From Ylistrum balloti (Eukaryota), in NCBI RefSeq assembly GCF_031769215.1, contig NW_026782081.1, forward strand, positions 868,001 to 932,000: DNA of 64,000 bases, read 5' to 3'. Positions 61,501-64,000 of this stretch are shown one piece after another; position 1 is the first letter of the stretch, and each line of letters begins with the position of its first letter. The notes under the pieces were generated by a model that was not told the DNA's origin, searched no databases, and saw only the letters and a program-made list of their open reading frames with translations. The position numbers and the translations under genes were made by a program.

Positions 61501-62412
61501 TGGCAACACTTACATTACCTTGATGAGAAATATTTAATCTTTCCAATGAGATACACCCCATGTCACTACAGTGCATGTTTGGACTGTGGGCCAAGAATTT
61601 GTGCCAAACTGCAGTGATCTTCCCAAATGGAAGAATGTTCACAACCTGTTAACTGATCTAGAGGTACAGCATGTTGCTGAACTGACATAAGATAGGAAGT
61701 CAATGTGACACCTATCACTATCATATCATCAGCAACCTCTCAATATAGCGACCATTTATTTATTATGTTGTATGTGATCCCTTTCAGATTATGCTTACCT
61801 GCCCTTTATCGGGTTAGATAAAACTTCGCATATGGTAGGAGTCCTTCATTTGAGTAAAGGATTGATTACTCAAAGCATTAATTTAACTATCCTCCACATG
61901 CAGGACTATTACTCATAATGGTTATATTGAGCTGTGACTACTTCTATAACGTTAAGAGGCCGGTGGTCGGCCGTTTCATTATCTAGCATTAATGCGCCGA
62001 CTGCGAAACGGCGCCTGTCATAAGTATCTCACCGTGTAAATTTCTTACATTGTTGGGAGTAGGTTATGCCCAACCTGTTTAAAGTGTTTTGATAACAGAA
62101 TCTGTATAAGCATGGGCCTGACATACAACTGATTGGCAACATCCTTGGATTTGCACCTTCACATATATGACCCCTAGTTATTATTTCAGTAATAGCTACA
62201 TTTCACTTGTAAAACATTTGATTCCTTAGGTACGAGATCAATGAGTTGTGCTTTATACAATTATACGTCCTCGCCAAAGGTCGTCATGTGCCGTGGTGAA
62301 AACGACCATGTTATTTACCTTCGGCCGCAGTTGCCGTTTTCTGTACTCCGATGACTTTGTATAAGTCATCTGTGCCAAAACAATTTCTGCAACTCTCCAA
62401 CAAGCCTGGCAT
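58531..62412 (-). CDS. DNAJC9: DnaJ homolog subfamily C member 9 (Hsp70 co-chaperone / histone H3-H4 chaperone), 252 aa. Exons: 62319-62412, 60945-61097, 60315-60431, 59124-59335, 58531-58713
   Basis: [23 protein letters not shown]...[17 protein letters not shown] (J-domain HPD motif)...[15 protein letters not shown]...[32 protein letters not shown]...EPRFRKII...[11 protein letters not shown]. 759 nt in phase with GT-AG junctions, ending at TGA. Confidence 0.96.
59570..60125. mobile_element. Degenerate interspersed repeat in DNAJC9 intron 3
   Basis: Three diverged units sharing tgtgacct(t)gaaa..ggtcaa, ttttggttattgagaa and tttgaagat motifs. Confidence 0.5.
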
Positions 62413-62702
62413 TTTGGTGTTTGTCCTGATAACCTGTAAATACCGCGCTAAATTTGGAGCTGAGTAATCTAACTTTAAGATCGAAGAGCAATGACAAGGG
62501 AAGTAACTATGGATATATTTTGCCGTGTGGTTGCACGCAATATTATGAGTCTCTTAATATGTTCATAATGTAAGTCTTAAAATAAACTAGACAATGAAAC
62601 ATCAGTGTTTTTCAAACACAATATCTACATATACGACCTCAAAATTCGCTCATCTGAAATGGAAGGTATACATTTCAGAATTGAAACAGCACTTTTGCTT
62701 TC

Positions 62703-62716
62703 TAGTGACGTCACTA
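62703..62716. promoter_or_regulatory. Palindromic CRE (TAGTGACGTCACTA) upstream of DNAJC9
   Basis: Perfect 14-bp palindrome containing the full CREB/ATF site TGACGTCA, about 290 bp upstream of the DNAJC9 ATG in a CpG-enriched zone. Confidence 0.55.
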
Positions 62717-64000
62717 AAGCACAGAGTGTGCACATATATTACGTTGAACCGCTAGGGAAATGACATTTCAATAGAATATTTTCAAAACAAAATCATGTTG
62801 TGAAAATTGTTAGTTGATCATTTGCATCTGTGTGTATATCTTGTTAAAAGAAATAGATGTAACTTTTACGTGTTTTTTTGTTTTTGTTTTTTGTTTAGTT
62901 TTTCTCAAATGAACCACCCATATTCATTAATTAGCCCTTTTGATACCACAAACTATTTAAAAAAAGTTCTTTTTTTTCATCTGTCGGTCAAAAACACAAA
63001 GAGTCATTGTTTATTTTTCATGGTCGATTATTATTCACTTGATCGTCGACAACGAAACAATGAAATCAGAGGCATGATGGGTCAATGGCTCAGCAAAATG
63101 ATTTTATTATATCTGGGGGATGTTTTAAAAGTTTTGCGACTTCTTTATATGAACTCCACTATCTATTTTTTGCCACCTGAATGTTTTAAAAGTTCACACT
63201 ACCTGTCTTGGACCTCTGAAGATACTATCACTTTAAATTATGCACAATCGGATTGATACCGGAAGAAGCACCAGAACTGTTAGCGGAGGAGGCTATGTAT
63301 ATACACAGGTATACACACTATTTGTAAGTAGTAGTACTAGCTGAGTGTAGTAAAATAACGAAGTTCTCAAGTAATCAGTATGTGCATTCTCTTCACATAG
63401 AAATAAAACATAAAGCGATTTCGTGAATGATAACTTTTTAATGCATCACATGACACCATCTTTGAAGGTCAGTATATAGGACGATATATCTAGATCTGTT
63501 CGATATAAGCTACATGTTGATCGGATAACAATAGAGGAGTGTAGGTATTTTTATTTATAAATATCAACATAAATAGTGTTAACATTGTTTTACTCAATCA
63601 CTGACATCCGACAGCAGTGTTGTAATAAAACATCACTTATCTCTCTATGGATATCCAGAGACGTCTCTGGGATATCTTATACCGAAGTTGTGATAATTAA
63701 GCACAAGTAAAAGATGTTTTTAAAAACCTTTCTTGTTGCTTCTAGTTAATTTATTTTATGTTTCCAATACAGGATCGGACTCGGAAAAACGCAGTATACA
63801 TATATATACAGTGTACAATTACAGGTACAATTAGCTCTGTAATTTTACAGTTTTGTTGTTGATCCAGCACTTATCCAGTATTTTGGAACATTCTTATAAT
63901 ACAACCAATAGAGGATTACAGTGTGACGTTTAGATAGACCAAAAATTCACCAGATGGTAACAATGTACTGTTGTACGCTTTGTTTAATACCTGGTCATAG

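Noticed and set aside
62807-63256. 149-aa ORF
   Set aside because: Low-complexity AT-rich translation with a non-ATG start and no recognisable domain; it overlaps a promoter-like region.

Overview
AT-rich eukaryotic (metazoan) genomic DNA, most likely a lophotrochozoan such as a bivalve mollusc; this is inferred from the gene structures and the pearl/HINE-like repeats. I reconstructed four multi-exon protein-coding genes by hand from GT-AG junctions and reading-frame phase. (1) The 5' end of an extended-synaptotagmin gene (ESYT, minus strand, 4 exons, running off the left edge). (2) A complete WDR60/DYNC2I1 dynein-2 intermediate-chain gene (plus strand, 8773-44833, about 36 coding exons, about 1076 aa), head-to-head with ESYT across about 650 bp. 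(3) An uncharacterised ~620-aa protein (minus strand, 48191-52089) with a long disordered middle and a C-terminal helical domain resembling that of SAMD3-like proteins. (4) A complete DNAJC9 gene (minus strand, 58531-62412, 252 aa). The WDR60 introns hold about 10 private minisatellite arrays and several pearl/HINE-like elements; nearly all long ORFs in the ORF track are satellite artefacts. The most unusual observations are: tandem arrays that amplify real WDR60 splice sites into rows of stop-protected decoy donors or acceptors; a 17-aa charged motif duplicated between two exons with only synonymous changes; the ESYT-WDR60 divergent pair, which matches the human 7q36.3 arrangement; a perfect RFX X-box downstream of the ciliary gene; and a foldback MITE with a CAG target-site duplication. 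I found no rRNA, tRNA or CRISPR features. There is one assembly gap (810-1060).
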